Assembly (NCBI GenBank): GCA_902762955.1
Contig: CACWQH010000005.1
Span: forward strand, 49,931 to 113,930
Direction of reading: 5' to 3'
From: an uncultured Lachnospiraceae bacterium
GTDB taxonomy: Bacteria > Bacillota > Clostridia > Lachnospirales > Lachnospiraceae
Length of the DNA: 64,000 nt
A model generated the notes under the pieces. The model worked only from the letters and a program-made list of their open reading frames with translations. It did no database searches and had not been told where the DNA came from. Position 1 is the stretch's first letter, and the number at the start of each line of letters is the position of its first letter. The position numbers were made by a program, and so were the translations under genes. This document shows, in pieces, positions 1 to 11,817 of this stretch.

Positions 1-39
1 TAAGATTAATGAAAATCCGGTTCCTGTTAAGGAGGTTGA

Positions 40-2349
40 GTGGTAATGCTTGTAAAAAAGATGTTACGCGATATTATTAAAAATATCGGACAGTTTATAT
101 CGGTTCTCCTTCTTTCGGTGCTTGCTTTGGTTACATTTTCAGCGTTTAAGAGTGAGGCTTCAGGCGGTCTCAGAAGAATGGATAAGCTTGGCGAGGAGTA
201 TAATCGTGCGGATGGCTGGATATACGGAGAAGGCTTTACAGAAGATGAGCTTGATGCGATTAAGGCGCTTTCAGCTGTTAAGGACGCCCAGCTAAGAACC
301 GAGCTTTCGGGTGAGACGGTGGAATATGATCAGGCGCAGGTTGTGCTTTATCTTGAGGATGAAAATGTGGTCTCAAAGCCTTATCTCGTGGAGGGCGAGG
401 ATTTTAATCCAAAAGATAAGGATAGTGTATGGATTAATAAGCAGTTTGCTGCTGCGTGGGATATAGAGCTTGGCGACAGCATCGAAGTTAATGTGATGGG
501 CCTTAAGATAAAGAAAAAGGTTGCCGGCTTTATCTATTCCTTTGAGCATATCTACATAAAGGCTGACAAGGATATGGATACGGATTATAAGAATATCGTA
601 TATATGTATATGTCCTATGATGCTGCACCTGAGTTTTCTTTTATAAAACCGACTCAGATTATATTTACAACGGATGCCGATAATGTAAAGAGTCTTGACA
701 GTAAGATTTCAGAGGCACTTGACGGTAACTATTCTGTGCTTATTGATGATGATTCCATATTTGGCATAAAAAGCTATGTGAGCGAAATGAAGCAGCATAA
801 TGCGTTTTCGTATGTGTTTGCAGGTATTTTTGTGGTTGTAAGTATATTTATCATAATGACAACCATGAGAAGAATTATAGAGGCACAAAGAACCCAGATA
901 GGTACCATGAGTGCTCTGGGTGTAAAGCCTTGGAAGATAGCACTGCACTATTCCTCATACAGTTTTGTACCTTCGATTGTCGGTTCATTTATAGGTATAT
1001 ACCTTGGTATGTTTGCGATAAGAAAGCTTATGTTTGTACTTAAAAAGTTTTATACGCTTCCGGGCTGGAAGCCTGAGTTTTTACCTGAGTTTTATATATG
1101 TGCTCTTGTGGTTGTGCTTGCCTGTATGCTTTCCTCATACTTAAGCTGCAAAAAGCTTCTTCGCATAGAGCCTGCGGCTGCACTTAGACCGGCACCGCCT
1201 AAATCAGGTAAAAATACAATATTTGAAAAGCTTCCGTTTTGGAATAAGCTTAGCTTTACAAGTACATATAATTTAAGAGATATATCCCGTTCAAAGCTCC
1301 GCACGGCTATGTGTCTTATCGGACTTTTCTTTGGAACGGCATTTGCTCTTTCGGCATTTTTCTGTGGAACTACCATGACCAAGATGAAGGAGTGGAGTAT
1401 GGAAAAGGTGTCGGATTATAATTTCCAGATAGCCTTTCAGGGAAATGTTGATGTAAAAGCAGCAGATGAGCTTTCGGATAAATATGACGGCGAGCTTATT
1501 ATGATGACACAGATTGAGATAGCGAAGAAAAAGGAAGCACCGTCCGATGATCGTGACGCCTGCAGTCTTGTGGTTACAGAAGGTAAGAACCTGTATGGTC
1601 TTACGGATAAGGATATTAATCCTATAAGCCTAAAGCCGGGGTCTGTTGCACTTACAAGAAAGCTTGCAAAAAAATATGATCTTTCCGAGGGTGATACTGT
1701 ATATTGGCACGTATATGGTGAAAACACCTGGTATGAGTCCAAGGTGGGTATCATTAATCGTAATTTTAATGTTCAGGGCATAACAATGCTAAGGGAAGAT
1801 TTTGAGAAGCTTGAAAATGTATCCTATCATCCTAACCAGCTTGTTACCAATATGGAGGTTGATAAGGAGGAGGTACTTAAAAATGATTTTGTAACCTCAG
1901 CTTATTCAAAGGAGGAAATGATAGAAAACTTTGACTCTGCATGGGAGGCTATGGACGCGCTTATTGCCGTATTTGCTTTATTTGCGGTTATGTTTATCGT
2001 AATTGTTTTATATAATGCCGGAAATCTTTCGTTTAATGAAAGAAAAAGAGAGCTTGCTACACTGCGAGTGCTCGGACTCTCGGATAAGAAGATTGCAAAT
2101 CTTATGACTGTACAAAATTTATGGCTTACAATTTTTGGCGTAATTGTCGGTACTCCAATCGGAAAGGCAATGATAACCGCCATGATGGATACCAATGGCG
2201 AGCAGTATGATTATGCTATATTTACGAAGCCGATGGATTATATAAAATCATATCTTTTGGTGTTTATAACATCGATTGTTACCAGTCTGTTATTTACAGG
2301 AAGAATCAAAAAGCTTGATATGGTAAGTCAATTAAAGGCTAACGAGTAA
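40..2349 (+). CDS. ABC transporter permease, FtsX/MacB family (two FtsX domains)
   Basis: 769 aa ORF with two TM clusters and FtsX-type motifs QRTQIGTMSALG and ERKRELATLRVLG; SD GGAGG before the start. Confidence 0.88.
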   Translation: MVMLVKKMLRDIIKNIGQFISVLLLSVLALVTFSAFKSEASGGLRRMDKLGEEYNRADGWIYGEGFTEDELDAIKALSAVKDAQLRTELSGETVEYDQAQVVLYLEDENVVSKPYLVEGEDFNPKDKDSVWINKQFAAAWDIELGDSIEVNVMGLKIKKKVAGFIYSFEHIYIKADKDMDTDYKNIVYMYMSYDAAPEFSFIKPTQIIFTTDADNVKSLDSKISEALDGNYSVLIDDDSIFGIKSYVSEMKQHNAFSYVFAGIFVVVSIFIIMTTMRRIIEAQRTQIGTMSALGVKPWKIALHYSSYSFVPSIVGSFIGIYLGMFAIRKLMFVLKKFYTLPGWKPEFLPEFYICALVVVLACMLSSYLSCKKLLRIEPAAALRPAPPKSGKNTIFEKLPFWNKLSFTSTYNLRDISRSKLRTAMCLIGLFFGTAFALSAFFCGTTMTKMKEWSMEKVSDYNFQIAFQGNVDVKAADELSDKYDGELIMMTQIEIAKKKEAPSDDRDACSLVVTEGKNLYGLTDKDINPISLKPGSVALTRKLAKKYDLSEGDTVYWHVYGENTWYESKVGIINRNFNVQGITMLREDFEKLENVSYHPNQLVTNMEVDKEEVLKNDFVTSAYSKEEMIENFDSAWEAMDALIAVFALFAVMFIVIVLYNAGNLSFNERKRELATLRVLGLSDKKIANLMTVQNLWLTIFGVIVGTPIGKAMITAMMDTNGEQYDYAIFTKPMDYIKSYLLVFITSIVTSLLFTGRIKKLDMVSQLKANE

Positions 2350-2405
2350 TCTTCGAGAGTTGGTTATAATCAATTTTTAGATTTGAATACTGATAAAAAA
2401 TATAG

Positions 2406-2440
2406 AGTGCTGATAAATAATAATTGATTTTATCAGCACT
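2406..2440. terminator. Inverted repeat between the permease and purA (terminator or operator)
   Basis: AGTGCTGATAAA-N11-TTTATCAGCACT perfect 12-bp arms. Confidence 0.5.
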
Positions 2441-2515
2441 TTAATGTATTATATTATATTGGTTGTCATATATTTTTATTATTTGACAAACAATTATATG
2501 TGGAGGTAGCACAAT

Positions 2516-3796
2516 ATGGTTCAAGCAGTAGTCGGAGCTAATTGGGGCGACGAAGGAAAAGGTAAGATAACTGATATGCTGGCTGAAAATGCTGATATAA
2601 TCGTCAGATTTCAGGGCGGTGCAAATGCAGGTCATACAATTGTAAATAATTACGGTAAATTTGCACTTCATACATTGCCATCAGGCGTTTTTTATGATCA
2701 CACAACAAGTATAATAGGAAATGGTGTCGCACTTAATATTCCTGTTTTGTTTAAAGAGATAAAGTCTATAACAGATAAAAATGTACCTATGCCTAAGATA
2801 CTTGTATCAGACAGGGCACAGATGGTTATGCCTTATCATATTTTATTTGATCAGTATGAGGAAGAGAGACTTGCAGGTAAGTCCTTTGGTTCTACCAAGT
2901 CGGGAATAGCTCCTTTTTATTCGGATAAATATGCAAAGGTTGGTTTTCAGGTAAGTGAGCTTTTTGACGAGGCTGCACTTCGTGAAAAGATTGAAAGAGT
3001 TATAGTTCAGAAAAATATTTTGCTTGAACATCTTTATCATAAACCGCTTATAGATGCGGACGAGACATTTAATACTCTTATGGAATATAAGAAGATGGTT
3101 GAACCTTATGTATGTGATGTATCTGCATTTTTATGGGATGCAATTAAGGAGGGTAAGAATATTCTTCTTGAAGGTCAGCTTGGTTCCTTGAAGGATCCTG
3201 ATCATGGTATCTATCCTATGGTTACTTCTTCATCAACGCTTGCTGCATATGGTGCAATCGGAGCCGGTATTCCACCATACGAGATTAAGAAGATTGTAAC
3301 TGTTGTAAAGGCTTATTCAAGTGCAGTCGGAGCAGGTGCATTTGTAAGTGAGATTTTCGGTGATGAGGCAGATGAATTAAGAAGACGTGGCGGAGACGGC
3401 GGAGAGTTTGGTGCAACCACAGGCCGTCCAAGACGTATGGGTTGGTTTGACTGTGTAGCAACTAAGTACGGATGTCGTATCCAAGGTACCACAGACGTTG
3501 CATTTACCGTTTTGGATGTACTTGGTTATCTGGATGAGATTCCTGTATGTGTAGGCTATGAAATTGATGGCGAGGTAACTACTGATTTCCCAACCACTAC
3601 AAAGCTTGAAAAGGCTAAGCCTGTACTCAAAACCTTACCGGGCTGGAAGGAAGATATAAGAGGTATCAAGGAATACGACAAGCTTCCGGAAAACTGCCGC
3701 AAGTACATAGAATTCATAGAAGAACAAATCGGCTTCCCGATCACCATGGTATCCAATGGACCAAAGCGTGAGGATATCATAATCCGTAATAAGTAG
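2516..3796 (+). CDS. purA: Adenylosuccinate synthetase
   Basis: WGDEGKGK, QGGANAGHT and EFGATTGRPRRMGWFD motifs. Confidence 0.98.
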   Translation: MVQAVVGANWGDEGKGKITDMLAENADIIVRFQGGANAGHTIVNNYGKFALHTLPSGVFYDHTTSIIGNGVALNIPVLFKEIKSITDKNVPMPKILVSDRAQMVMPYHILFDQYEEERLAGKSFGSTKSGIAPFYSDKYAKVGFQVSELFDEAALREKIERVIVQKNILLEHLYHKPLIDADETFNTLMEYKKMVEPYVCDVSAFLWDAIKEGKNILLEGQLGSLKDPDHGIYPMVTSSSTLAAYGAIGAGIPPYEIKKIVTVVKAYSSAVGAGAFVSEIFGDEADELRRRGGDGGEFGATTGRPRRMGWFDCVATKYGCRIQGTTDVAFTVLDVLGYLDEIPVCVGYEIDGEVTTDFPTTTKLEKAKPVLKTLPGWKEDIRGIKEYDKLPENCRKYIEFIEEQIGFPITMVSNGPKREDIIIRNK

Positions 3797-3804
3797 GTAA
3801 TTAT

Positions 3805-3931
3805 TCGGTTATATAGGATGGTATAAATGATAAGAGGTATCGAAACAGGTACACGCAAAGCTCGCTGACGCTGACGCTTTTGCTTAGCACCTTTTCGACA
3901 CCTCTTATATTTTATACCCCTATATAACCGA
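3805..3931. repeat. Long imperfect palindrome, element P1 (short divergent member)
   Basis: TCGGTTATATAGG..GGTATAAA..ATAAGAGGT..TCGAAA..AGGT pairs with ACCTTTTCGACACCTCTTAT..TTTATACC..CCTATATAACCGA; apex CTCGCTGACGCTGAC at 3861-3875. Confidence 0.85.
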
Positions 3932-4009
3932 TACGCTTCGCGTAGTATTATATTAAACCTAACCGATTTGTGGTATTAGGTTTATGATTGCCTCAGGGGG
4001 TGAGTGGTA

Positions 4010-4813
4010 TTAGTGTACGTTTCGGATGGATATTTCTCCTGTGTTTAGCTGGGAGAGCTTTCCGGAGGAGTCACGGCAGATGAGGGAACCGTCCGGTGCA
4101 ATTCCCATACAGTGAAAGATAGGGAGTGTATCATCTGTTATCTGATATGAATTGTTTAGTTTTCCTGTCATTTCATACGGAATAACATAGATATCTTTAT
4201 CATAGCTTATGAGCTTACTGTTATATTCATCAATGATGCTTTTTAAGTTTTGTTCTTTCAAGAAAGTAAAGTATAAATCACTGAATTCTTTCATGATTTT
4301 TTCGATTAGTTCTTCTCGCTCATATTCTTTGTCGGTTTCAAGATAAAGAGAGGTTGCTATATCTTTGATGCTCTCGTCAAATTGCTTGTTGTTTACGTTT
4401 ATGCCGATTCCTATTACTATGAAATCCTCACATTTTTCTGTTAATATTCCTGTTATTTTCTTTTGATTTAAAAGAAGGTCGTTTGGCCATTTAATGTTTG
4501 TATTGATTTGAAAATCGTTATTTAACGCACGTGATATGGCAAGACCGCTGAGTAATGTTACCTGCGATATTAGGCTTTCATCAATTTCAGGTTTCAGAAG
4601 CAGACTCATATATATTCCTTCACCTGAAGGAGATGAAAAGCTTCTGCCGATACGTCCTCTGCCGGCAGTCTGGCAGTCGGATATAACAAGGGTTCCGTCT
4701 ACACAGCCGTTTTTTCCGAAATCCTTGGCTCGGTTATTGGTGGAGTCGGTTTCGTCATAAACTATAACATTTTTTATAATTGGTATTTTATAAATTGAGC
4801 TTGTGAATATCAT
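4010..4813 (-). CDS. birA: Biotin--protein ligase without N-terminal HTH
   Basis: DSTN, QTAGRGRIGRSF, IKWPND, KKITGIL and GIGINV motifs; 267 aa. Confidence 0.93.
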   Translation of the reverse strand: MIFTSSIYKIPIIKNVIVYDETDSTNNRAKDFGKNGCVDGTLVISDCQTAGRGRIGRSFSSPSGEGIYMSLLLKPEIDESLISQVTLLSGLAISRALNNDFQINTNIKWPNDLLLNQKKITGILTEKCEDFIVIGIGINVNNKQFDESIKDIATSLYLETDKEYEREELIEKIMKEFSDLYFTFLKEQNLKSIIDEYNSKLISYDKDIYVIPYEMTGKLNNSYQITDDTLPIFHCMGIAPDGSLICRDSSGKLSQLNTGEISIRNVH

Positions 4814-4816
4814 TTT

Positions 4817-5302
4817 TTAGTCCTCTTTTTTATCTTTGATATATATTACATCATCCTCATCGTGCTTGATTCTTTCATTCACAAAGTCGTAAACCTTTTC
4901 ACAGAATTCACGCTTGTTGGTGAAAGGGATAGTGTAGATATCTTTTTTTGCCTTGATATTTAAGATATAATAAATCAGTGACTCATCCGGTATTACCATC
5001 GTGATAAATTCGATATCGTCAAATGTGTACATGGATTCACCGTATCTGTGTTTTACAAGCATACCTTCTTCGGAAAATTTGTAGGTTATATCATATGCCT
5101 GACGTCTAAAGGACATTATAAAAAGATAAAGTCCGTAGGAACCCAGCATAACTGCAAATATCATGGTAAGCATAGGATGCTTTGTAAGATTTTTAAAAAG
5201 TGTTATACATTGAAGCAATGCAATAGTTGTAAAGATAAGACCAAGAATTCTGTATGAAATTCTGTTTGCCTTTCTTTTTTTTACATCATAGGTAAAGGTC
5301 AT
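4817..5302 (-). CDS. Hypothetical membrane protein (2 TM plus soluble C-terminal domain)
   Basis: Start revised to ATG at 5302 (MTFTYD), preceded by GGAGG; two hydrophobic segments. Confidence 0.75.
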   Translation of the reverse strand: MTFTYDVKKRKANRISYRILGLIFTTIALLQCITLFKNLTKHPMLTMIFAVMLGSYGLYLFIMSFRRQAYDITYKFSEEGMLVKHRYGESMYTFDDIEFITMVIPDESLIYYILNIKAKKDIYTIPFTNKREFCEKVYDFVNERIKHDEDDVIYIKDKKED

Positions 5303-5523
5303 GGCTTTCCTCCGGATTATAATTATTAAATATATGTCTGACGAATATTTTTGTTTGCTGTAAATAAGTATATATTTTATCTTCACATTAATCAAGAAAT
5401 TTCATTTGATAATTTATTTATTTTGCATATGTACATTCGAAAGGAAAAAAATCGAGAAATTATTTGGAAAAATAACATATTTGTGCTACAATAGGAAAAG
5501 ATTTTTTAATGGAGGACAATAAG

Positions 5524-6732
5524 ATGGAAAAAATTAAGATGACAACTCCGTTAGTCGAGATGGACGGAGATGAGATGACTAGAATACTATGGAAGATGAT
5601 TAAGGATGAATTGCTTTATCCTTTTATAGATTTAAAGACTGAATATTATGATTTAGGTCTTGAGTATAGAAATGAAACTGATGATAAGGTTACCTTTGAT
5701 TCTGCCTATGCAACTCAGAAATACGGAGTTGCCGTAAAATGTGCCACTATCACTCCAAATGCTGCCCGTATGACAGAATATGATTTAAAGCAGATGTGGA
5801 AGAGTCCAAACGGTACGATAAGAGCTATTCTTGATGGTACTGTTTTCAGAACTCCTATCATTGTTAAGGGTATCGAGCCTTGTGTTAAAAACTGGAAAAA
5901 GCCTATCACTATAGCAAGACATGCCTATGGTGATGTATATAAAGCATCTGAGATGAAGATACCGGGAGCAGGTAAAGCGGAGCTTGTATTTACTGCAGAA
6001 GACGGTACTGAAACAAGAGAACTTATACATGAGTTTAAGAGCGAAGGAATTATACAGGGTATGCATAATATCAATAATTCTATCGAAAGCTTTGCAAGAA
6101 GCTGCTTTAACTATGCGCTTGATACAAAGCAGACACTCTGGTTTGCTACTAAGGATACCATTTCAAAGAAATATGACCATACCTTTAAGGATATCTTCCA
6201 GGAGATATTTGATGCAGAGTATAAGGCTAAATTCGATGAGACAGGTATAGAATATTTCTATACGCTTATCGATGATGCGGTTGCAAGAGTTATGAAGTCA
6301 GAGGGTGGATACATATGGGCATGTAAGAACTATGACGGTGATGTTATGAGTGATATGATTTCATCCGCATTTGGTTCACTTGCGATGATGACTTCGGTAC
6401 TTGTATCACCGGATGGAAAATATGAATATGAGGCTGCGCACGGAACTGTTCAAAGACATTATTATAAGCATCTTAAGGGTGAAGAAACCTCAACAAATTC
6501 TGTAGCTACTATATATGCTTGGACAGGAGCTTTAAGAAAAAGAGGAGAACTTGATAACATCCCTGAGCTTATGGCTTTTGCTGATAAGCTTGAAGCGGCA
6601 ACCATCAAGACTATTGAGGGTGGAGAGATGACTAAGGATTTGGCACTTATAACTACTCTTAGTGATGTTAAAGTTTTAAACAGTGAGGAGTTTATCAAGG
6701 CTATCAGAAGAAATCTTGAAGAGGTGTTATAA
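5524..6732 (+). CDS. icd: NADP-dependent isocitrate dehydrogenase
   Basis: [26 protein letters not shown] and [11 protein letters not shown] motifs; start set at ATG 5524 after GGAGG. Confidence 0.97.
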   Translation: MEKIKMTTPLVEMDGDEMTRILWKMIKDELLYPFIDLKTEYYDLGLEYRNETDDKVTFDSAYATQKYGVAVKCATITPNAARMTEYDLKQMWKSPNGTIRAILDGTVFRTPIIVKGIEPCVKNWKKPITIARHAYGDVYKASEMKIPGAGKAELVFTAEDGTETRELIHEFKSEGIIQGMHNINNSIESFARSCFNYALDTKQTLWFATKDTISKKYDHTFKDIFQEIFDAEYKAKFDETGIEYFYTLIDDAVARVMKSEGGYIWACKNYDGDVMSDMISSAFGSLAMMTSVLVSPDGKYEYEAAHGTVQRHYYKHLKGEETSTNSVATIYAWTGALRKRGELDNIPELMAFADKLEAATIKTIEGGEMTKDLALITTLSDVKVLNSEEFIKAIRRNLEEVL

Positions 6733-6771
6733 TTTTAGTCTTGATACATCGGTATTGATAAATGATATTTT

Positions 6772-6807
6772 AGTAAGAGTGCACCTTAAAAACGGTACAC
6801 TCTTACT
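6772..6807 (+). terminator. Hairpin after icd
   Basis: AGTAAGAGTGCACC-loop-GGTACACTCTTACT followed by a T-rich tract. Confidence 0.65.
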
Positions 6808-6831
6808 TATTCTTTAACAGGGAGAATAATA

Positions 6832-9800
6832 ATGAATATATGGAGTGTTCTTGGTATTGAAGAAACCAAGGATAAGGATTTGTTAAAAACTGCATATAGA
6901 GAAAAGCTTAAGGACGTAAATCCGGAGGATGATCAACAGGGGTTCATGCGTCTTAGGGAGGCTTATGAGGAGGCTTTAAGGCTTGCAGATCGTGTCCCTT
7001 TAGAGAAAGTCTTTAATATTAGACGAAATGATAATGAATTTCCGTTTCCGGTTAAGGATGAGTTAAGGGAAGTTTATTATGAATTAGATAATTTGTATAA
7101 GGATTATCCAAGAAGAATAGATGAAGAAAACTGGAGAGAGATTTTTAACAGGGATGAGTTTATTTCACTTGACAGTTCGTCGGATGCTTTTGAAATGTTG
7201 ATTAGGTTTCTTATGATAAACTTTCTGCTTCCGCATAACATATGGGAAATAATTGTTGATACCTTTGACATAAAAAAAAGAAAAATCGAATTAAGTGAAA
7301 AATTTCCGAAGGATTTTCTGGATTTTGTAATTGATAATTCTGAAAATATAGATATTTTCAATTATTATCTTTTTGATAACGATGTAGATAGTGAAAAAAC
7401 GGACGAGTTTATCAAGAATTATCTTACAATGAACACTGCCATTAGAAGAAATGATCAGGATGAGGCAAAAAAACTTATGGAAACTCTCGAAGATATGGAA
7501 ATATATCATCCGTATCTTGAACTTTCAAGGATAAGAATAATGCTTCATGAGGCAGATGAGTTTGATCACAAGGAGATATATGAAGCCGCCAAGAATCTAT
7601 ATGATGAGTGTCCCGATGACTTTAATATAACATGCCTTTGCGGTGATCTGGCACTATTGTTAAAAAATATCGAAGATGCAGAAAGATTTTATGAAGAAAT
7701 AAAAGAAATGGAACCGGAAAGTACAGCGGTTAAAATAAAATTTGCGGATTTGGCATATTTTAAGGGAGACTTTGAGGCATCAAGAGATGCCTATATGGAG
7801 CTTTTAAGGGAAAATAATTATGACAATAATATAAGAGCAGGTATGCTTAGGGCAAATATTTCCCTGATTGAGGAGAACAAAAAGAAGCTGCTTCTTGATC
7901 CTGATAATGCAGACATTAAGATAGAAATTGCATGGAGCTATTATCAAAGCTATAAATTTGAAGAAGCGGTAAATATTCTCGATGGTTTTGAGCCTAAAGA
8001 AGAAAAAAGATTTGAATACTATAACGTGAAGGGAAGATCTTATCTTTGCCTGCTTGATTATAGGAGTGCTTTAAGCTGCTTTTTTAGATGGAAGGAGGAA
8101 ATTGAGGCATTACCAAAAGATGGTGATGAAGAAATAATTAAAAAAAGAAAGAGACTTCCTTATGTTAATTTTTTGATAGCTGATTGCTATTTGAAACTCA
8201 AAAATTATGAAAAAGCCGAATTATTACTCAATATGGCTTTGAGCGTTCCTCATGATGAGATAGTTCTTTCATACGAAGCTAATTGTGAATTAAAGTACGA
8301 AACCGGTAAATATGAGGATTGTTTGATTGCATGTGAAAAGCTATTGGAAAATAGTGGAGATAATTACATTGCATATGAATATATGGCGAAATCTTTTTTT
8401 GAATTAAATTATATCAAGGAAGCAATTGATGCCTGTGAAAATGCAATAAAAATATATCCATATGCACCCGAGCCATATTCACTTGAAATTGAAATATTTC
8501 TCAAAATCGGACATATAGATACTGCAAAAAAAATTATTGAAAAATATAAAAGCCTTGGTATTTTGAGTGAACAGATTAAGGCTTATGAAACTTTGGTTCT
8601 TGTTAAGGAAGAAAAATGTGATGAGGCAAAAATACTTCTTAATGAATTAGAAGAATCAGAATTGGATGATTCGGATTTGACAAGTTTGCTGCCGGTTTAT
8701 TCCGAATTGGCAAGATATTATGAAAAATATAATAATTTAAGCGAGGAATTGCATTATTTAAAGTGTATTTTGTCTGAAAATTCAAATTATGAATTCGTTG
8801 AAGGCAGAATAGGAGTAGTTTATGAAAAATTAAAGCAATATAGTAAAGCTCAGATTTTTTTGGATAGACAAAATAAGAAAATCACAAAAGCACAATTTTT
8901 GCTGGCAAGTGCAAATGTAAAACGGGCAATGGGAAAGTTTTCATTGGCAGCACGGGAATATGAATATGTTATTTCGAAAGATCCGGGAAATACGGAGTGT
9001 TATATAGCAGCAGCATCGCTTTATGAGTTTTTGGGTAATTTGGATAAAGCGTATTTATACTATAAAAAGGCTGTCGAGTATATAAACGAAGAGAAAAAAC
9101 CATTTTTGTATTTATCACTGGCAAGGGTGCTTCAAGGATTAAAGCAATATGAACTGGCCAGAAAAACATATATGGAATACATTGATAAATATGAAATATG
9201 TTATGATTTGGTGTATGATTATTCTGTTTTGCTTCAGAGAATAAATGAATCAGATGAAGCAATTGCTTTTATTTTGAAATATATTGACTGTATTAAAGAT
9301 GCAAAGGAAGAACAAATTCTTTTGGAAAGACTATGCACTATATACGCCAATGAAGGGTATCTTAATAATGCCAATGAGACTTTTGATGTTATAATAAGCA
9401 AATATCCTAATGATTATAAGGCTTATAAAATTATGGCTGATGCTTTTTACTATCAGGGACTTTATAATGTGGCTACCGGATACTATGAAAAGGCAATTTC
9501 TCTTGACATTGAAAAGAAAGAAAATTATTATATTGATTTAGTGGAAAACGAAATTAATAAAAGCGTCTTTTCGAGGACAGCGGTTAAGCCTTTAATTAAA
9601 ACGGCACTTGAGATAAGTGAAAAAAGAAAGACAATTAAGGATTATATAAAGCTTGCAAAGGTTTATAGAATAACAAAAAAATATAAGCTTGCTATCCAGG
9701 CAATAGAGGAAGGATTAAAGGTTACAAAAAGATGTATAGGATGCTTTTATTCTGATTGTCACGAAATGTACTATGAAAAGGGACGCATATATGAGGCTGT

Positions 9801-9903
9801 AAAAGAGTATGATACGGCGAGAGAGTGTTATAAACAGGCGCTTGGTATTTGCGGACATAATACTTTGTATGAAGAAAGCTTAAAAAGGATTGATGGTAAA
9901 TGA
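6832..9903 (+). CDS. J-domain plus TPR repeat protein, probable HscC co-chaperone
   Basis: N-terminal [33 protein letters not shown]-like domain followed by many TPR-like helices; overlaps the hscC start. Confidence 0.85.
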   Translation: MNIWSVLGIEETKDKDLLKTAYREKLKDVNPEDDQQGFMRLREAYEEALRLADRVPLEKVFNIRRNDNEFPFPVKDELREVYYELDNLYKDYPRRIDEENWREIFNRDEFISLDSSSDAFEMLIRFLMINFLLPHNIWEIIVDTFDIKKRKIELSEKFPKDFLDFVIDNSENIDIFNYYLFDNDVDSEKTDEFIKNYLTMNTAIRRNDQDEAKKLMETLEDMEIYHPYLELSRIRIMLHEADEFDHKEIYEAAKNLYDECPDDFNITCLCGDLALLLKNIEDAERFYEEIKEMEPESTAVKIKFADLAYFKGDFEASRDAYMELLRENNYDNNIRAGMLRANISLIEENKKKLLLDPDNADIKIEIAWSYYQSYKFEEAVNILDGFEPKEEKRFEYYNVKGRSYLCLLDYRSALSCFFRWKEEIEALPKDGDEEIIKKRKRLPYVNFLIADCYLKLKNYEKAELLLNMALSVPHDEIVLSYEANCELKYETGKYEDCLIACEKLLENSGDNYIAYEYMAKSFFELNYIKEAIDACENAIKIYPYAPEPYSLEIEIFLKIGHIDTAKKIIEKYKSLGILSEQIKAYETLVLVKEEKCDEAKILLNELEESELDDSDLTSLLPVYSELARYYEKYNNLSEELHYLKCILSENSNYEFVEGRIGVVYEKLKQYSKAQIFLDRQNKKITKAQFLLASANVKRAMGKFSLAAREYEYVISKDPGNTECYIAAASLYEFLGNLDKAYLYYKKAVEYINEEKKPFLYLSLARVLQGLKQYELARKTYMEYIDKYEICYDLVYDYSVLLQRINESDEAIAFILKYIDCIKDAKEEQILLERLCTIYANEGYLNNANETFDVIISKYPNDYKAYKIMADAFYYQGLYNVATGYYEKAISLDIEKKENYYIDLVENEINKSVFSRTAVKPLIKTALEISEKRKTIKDYIKLAKVYRITKKYKLAIQAIEEGLKVTKRCIGCFYSDCHEMYYEKGRIYEAVKEYDTARECYKQALGICGHNTLYEESLKRIDGK

Positions 9904-11594
9904 TAGTAGGAATTGATTTAGGAACGACTAATAGTTTAATTGCATATTTTGATGGTGAAGAAGCAAAGATAATTCCTAACAGACTTGGAGAAAATCTTAC
10001 CCCTTCTGTTATAAGTATCGATAAAGAGGGTACTGTTTACGTGGGTAAAACCGCAAAGGAAAGAAAGCTTACATATCCCGAGCAATCTGCTGATGTATTT
10101 AAAAGAAGTATGGGTACAAATAAGAATTTCAGATTGGGCGAACGTGAACTAAGTGCTGAAGAATTGTCAAGCCTTGTACTAAAATCGCTTAAAGAGGACG
10201 CAGAAAGCTATCTTGGATTTGAGGTTAAAGAGGCAGTCATAAGTGTGCCGGCATATTTTAATGATGCCCAAAGAAAGGCAACAAAAAGAGCCGGTGAAAT
10301 GGCAGGTTTTGTGGTTGAACGTATCGTCAGCGAGCCAACGGCAGCAGCTATAGCTTACGGAATTGATAAGAAAAATGCGGATACGAAGTTTATCGTATTT
10401 GATCTTGGAGGCGGAACCTTTGATGTTTCTATACTTGAGCTTTATCAAAATATTATGGAGGTAAGAGCGGTAGCCGGAGATAATTTCCTTGGTGGTGAAG
10501 ATTTTACCGAAATACTTGTTCAAATGTTTTTTAGAGAGAAAAACATTGATCAGAATGAGTTGGATATAAAGACTCTTGCACATGTAAGGAAGCAGGCGGA
10601 AGCATGTAAGCTTGGTTTTACCGAAAGTAGAACCTCAACGTTAAAATGTAAGATCAAAGATGAGACATATGAATATGAGATAAATATAGATGATTATGAA
10701 AAGAATTGTCAGCTTCTTTTAAATAAGATTAAAAAGCCGATAGAAAGAAGCTTAAAAGATGCCAATATCAAGCTTAAGGATATTGACGAGGTTATTCTTG
10801 TCGGTGGAGCAACCAAGCTTCCTATCGTAAGAAAATTCGTCGGCAGATTATTTGGAAGAATACCAAATACCAATATTAATCCTGATGAGGTAGTAGCAGT
10901 GGGTGCGGCAACACAGGCAGCCATGAAGGAAAGAAATGAAGCGGTAAAGGAGATAATTCTTACTGATGTATGTCCGTTTACTCTTGGAACGGAAGTTGTT
11001 GTTTCCAGAGAAGGCGGAGTAAAAGAGGGAGGTCATTATCTTCCTATAATTGAAAGAAATTCCGTTATACCTGTAAGCAGAACCGAGAGACTATATACCG
11101 CAACAGATAATCAGGAAATGATAAAGGTTAAGATACTTCAAGGTGAAAGTCGTTTTGCAAGAAATAATGTATATCTGGGAGATATAGAGCTTGTCGTACC
11201 AATTGGTCCTGCAGGGCAAGAGGCAGTTGATGTCACATATACATATGATGTCAATTCAATTCTTGAAGTTGAGGTTAAGGTATTATCCACAAAGCTCTCA
11301 AAGAGAATAGTTATTAAAAATGATGATGTAGATATGACGGATGAAGAGATAGATGAAAGGCTTGCTTCACTTGCTGAGCTAAAGATACATCCAAGAGAAA
11401 AGGAAGAAAACAAACTTCTTTTACTACGCGGTGACAGAATGTATGAGGAAGCAACAGGAGATATCCGTAATATTATTGAATATCGTTTGAATATTTTCGA
11501 ACAGATACTTGATAAACAAAATCCTGCTGATATTGAAAACGCAAGAGAAGAGCTTAAGGAATTTTTGGATAATATTGATGAAGATATTTTTTAA
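9900..11594 (+). CDS. hscC: Hsp70-family chaperone HscC
   Basis: [17 protein letters not shown] and ILVGGATK motifs; 564 aa with a short C-terminus ending in the LKIHPRE-type segment seen in HscC. Confidence 0.9.
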   Translation: MIVGIDLGTTNSLIAYFDGEEAKIIPNRLGENLTPSVISIDKEGTVYVGKTAKERKLTYPEQSADVFKRSMGTNKNFRLGERELSAEELSSLVLKSLKEDAESYLGFEVKEAVISVPAYFNDAQRKATKRAGEMAGFVVERIVSEPTAAAIAYGIDKKNADTKFIVFDLGGGTFDVSILELYQNIMEVRAVAGDNFLGGEDFTEILVQMFFREKNIDQNELDIKTLAHVRKQAEACKLGFTESRTSTLKCKIKDETYEYEINIDDYEKNCQLLLNKIKKPIERSLKDANIKLKDIDEVILVGGATKLPIVRKFVGRLFGRIPNTNINPDEVVAVGAATQAAMKERNEAVKEIILTDVCPFTLGTEVVVSREGGVKEGGHYLPIIERNSVIPVSRTERLYTATDNQEMIKVKILQGESRFARNNVYLGDIELVVPIGPAGQEAVDVTYTYDVNSILEVEVKVLSTKLSKRIVIKNDDVDMTDEEIDERLASLAELKIHPREKEENKLLLLRGDRMYEEATGDIRNIIEYRLNIFEQILDKQNPADIENAREELKEFLDNIDEDIF

Positions 11595-11601
11595 AAAAAT
11601 A

Positions 11602-11630
11602 TTGACATATCATTTTTATTATGATATGCT
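11602..11630 (+). promoter_or_regulatory. Sigma-A promoter of the infC operon
   Basis: TTGACA-17 bp-TATGCT with an extended TG. Confidence 0.7.
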
Positions 11631-11639
11631 GCCATAGTA

Positions 11640-11756
11640 TGTTGAAGAAGCAGAGTATCCACTCTCACCTTAGCGCAAGGGCGACTCGGGTTAATATTTA
11701 CATTATTTTTTAATGTGGTATTTTTATGTGGATAGCTATGCTGTCCACTTTTTTTA
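11640..11756 (+). ncRNA. Ribosomal protein L20 leader (autoregulatory attenuator)
   Basis: Position 5' of infC-rpmI-rplT; TATCCAC segment can pair with GTGGATA of the terminator hairpin GTGGATAGC-TAT-GCTGTCCAC-T7. Confidence 0.75.
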
Positions 11757-11817
11757 CATTTGACATATGTATGACGAATTGTATTAAGTATTATGCGCGA
11801 TTTATGGAGGTGTTATT

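Noticed and set aside
40-500. Apparently G-rich third positions at the start of the first gene, hinting at an element just left of the window
   Set aside because: Not counted rigorously, G-ending codons are common in this genome, and the upstream sequence is not visible.
3600-3796. High-expression codon bias or horizontal transfer as the explanation for C-rich gene ends
   Set aside because: The shift is confined to the ends next to the elements, and it is at least as strong in genes unlikely to be highly expressed (birA, GGDEF). It is not formally excluded without genome-wide statistics.
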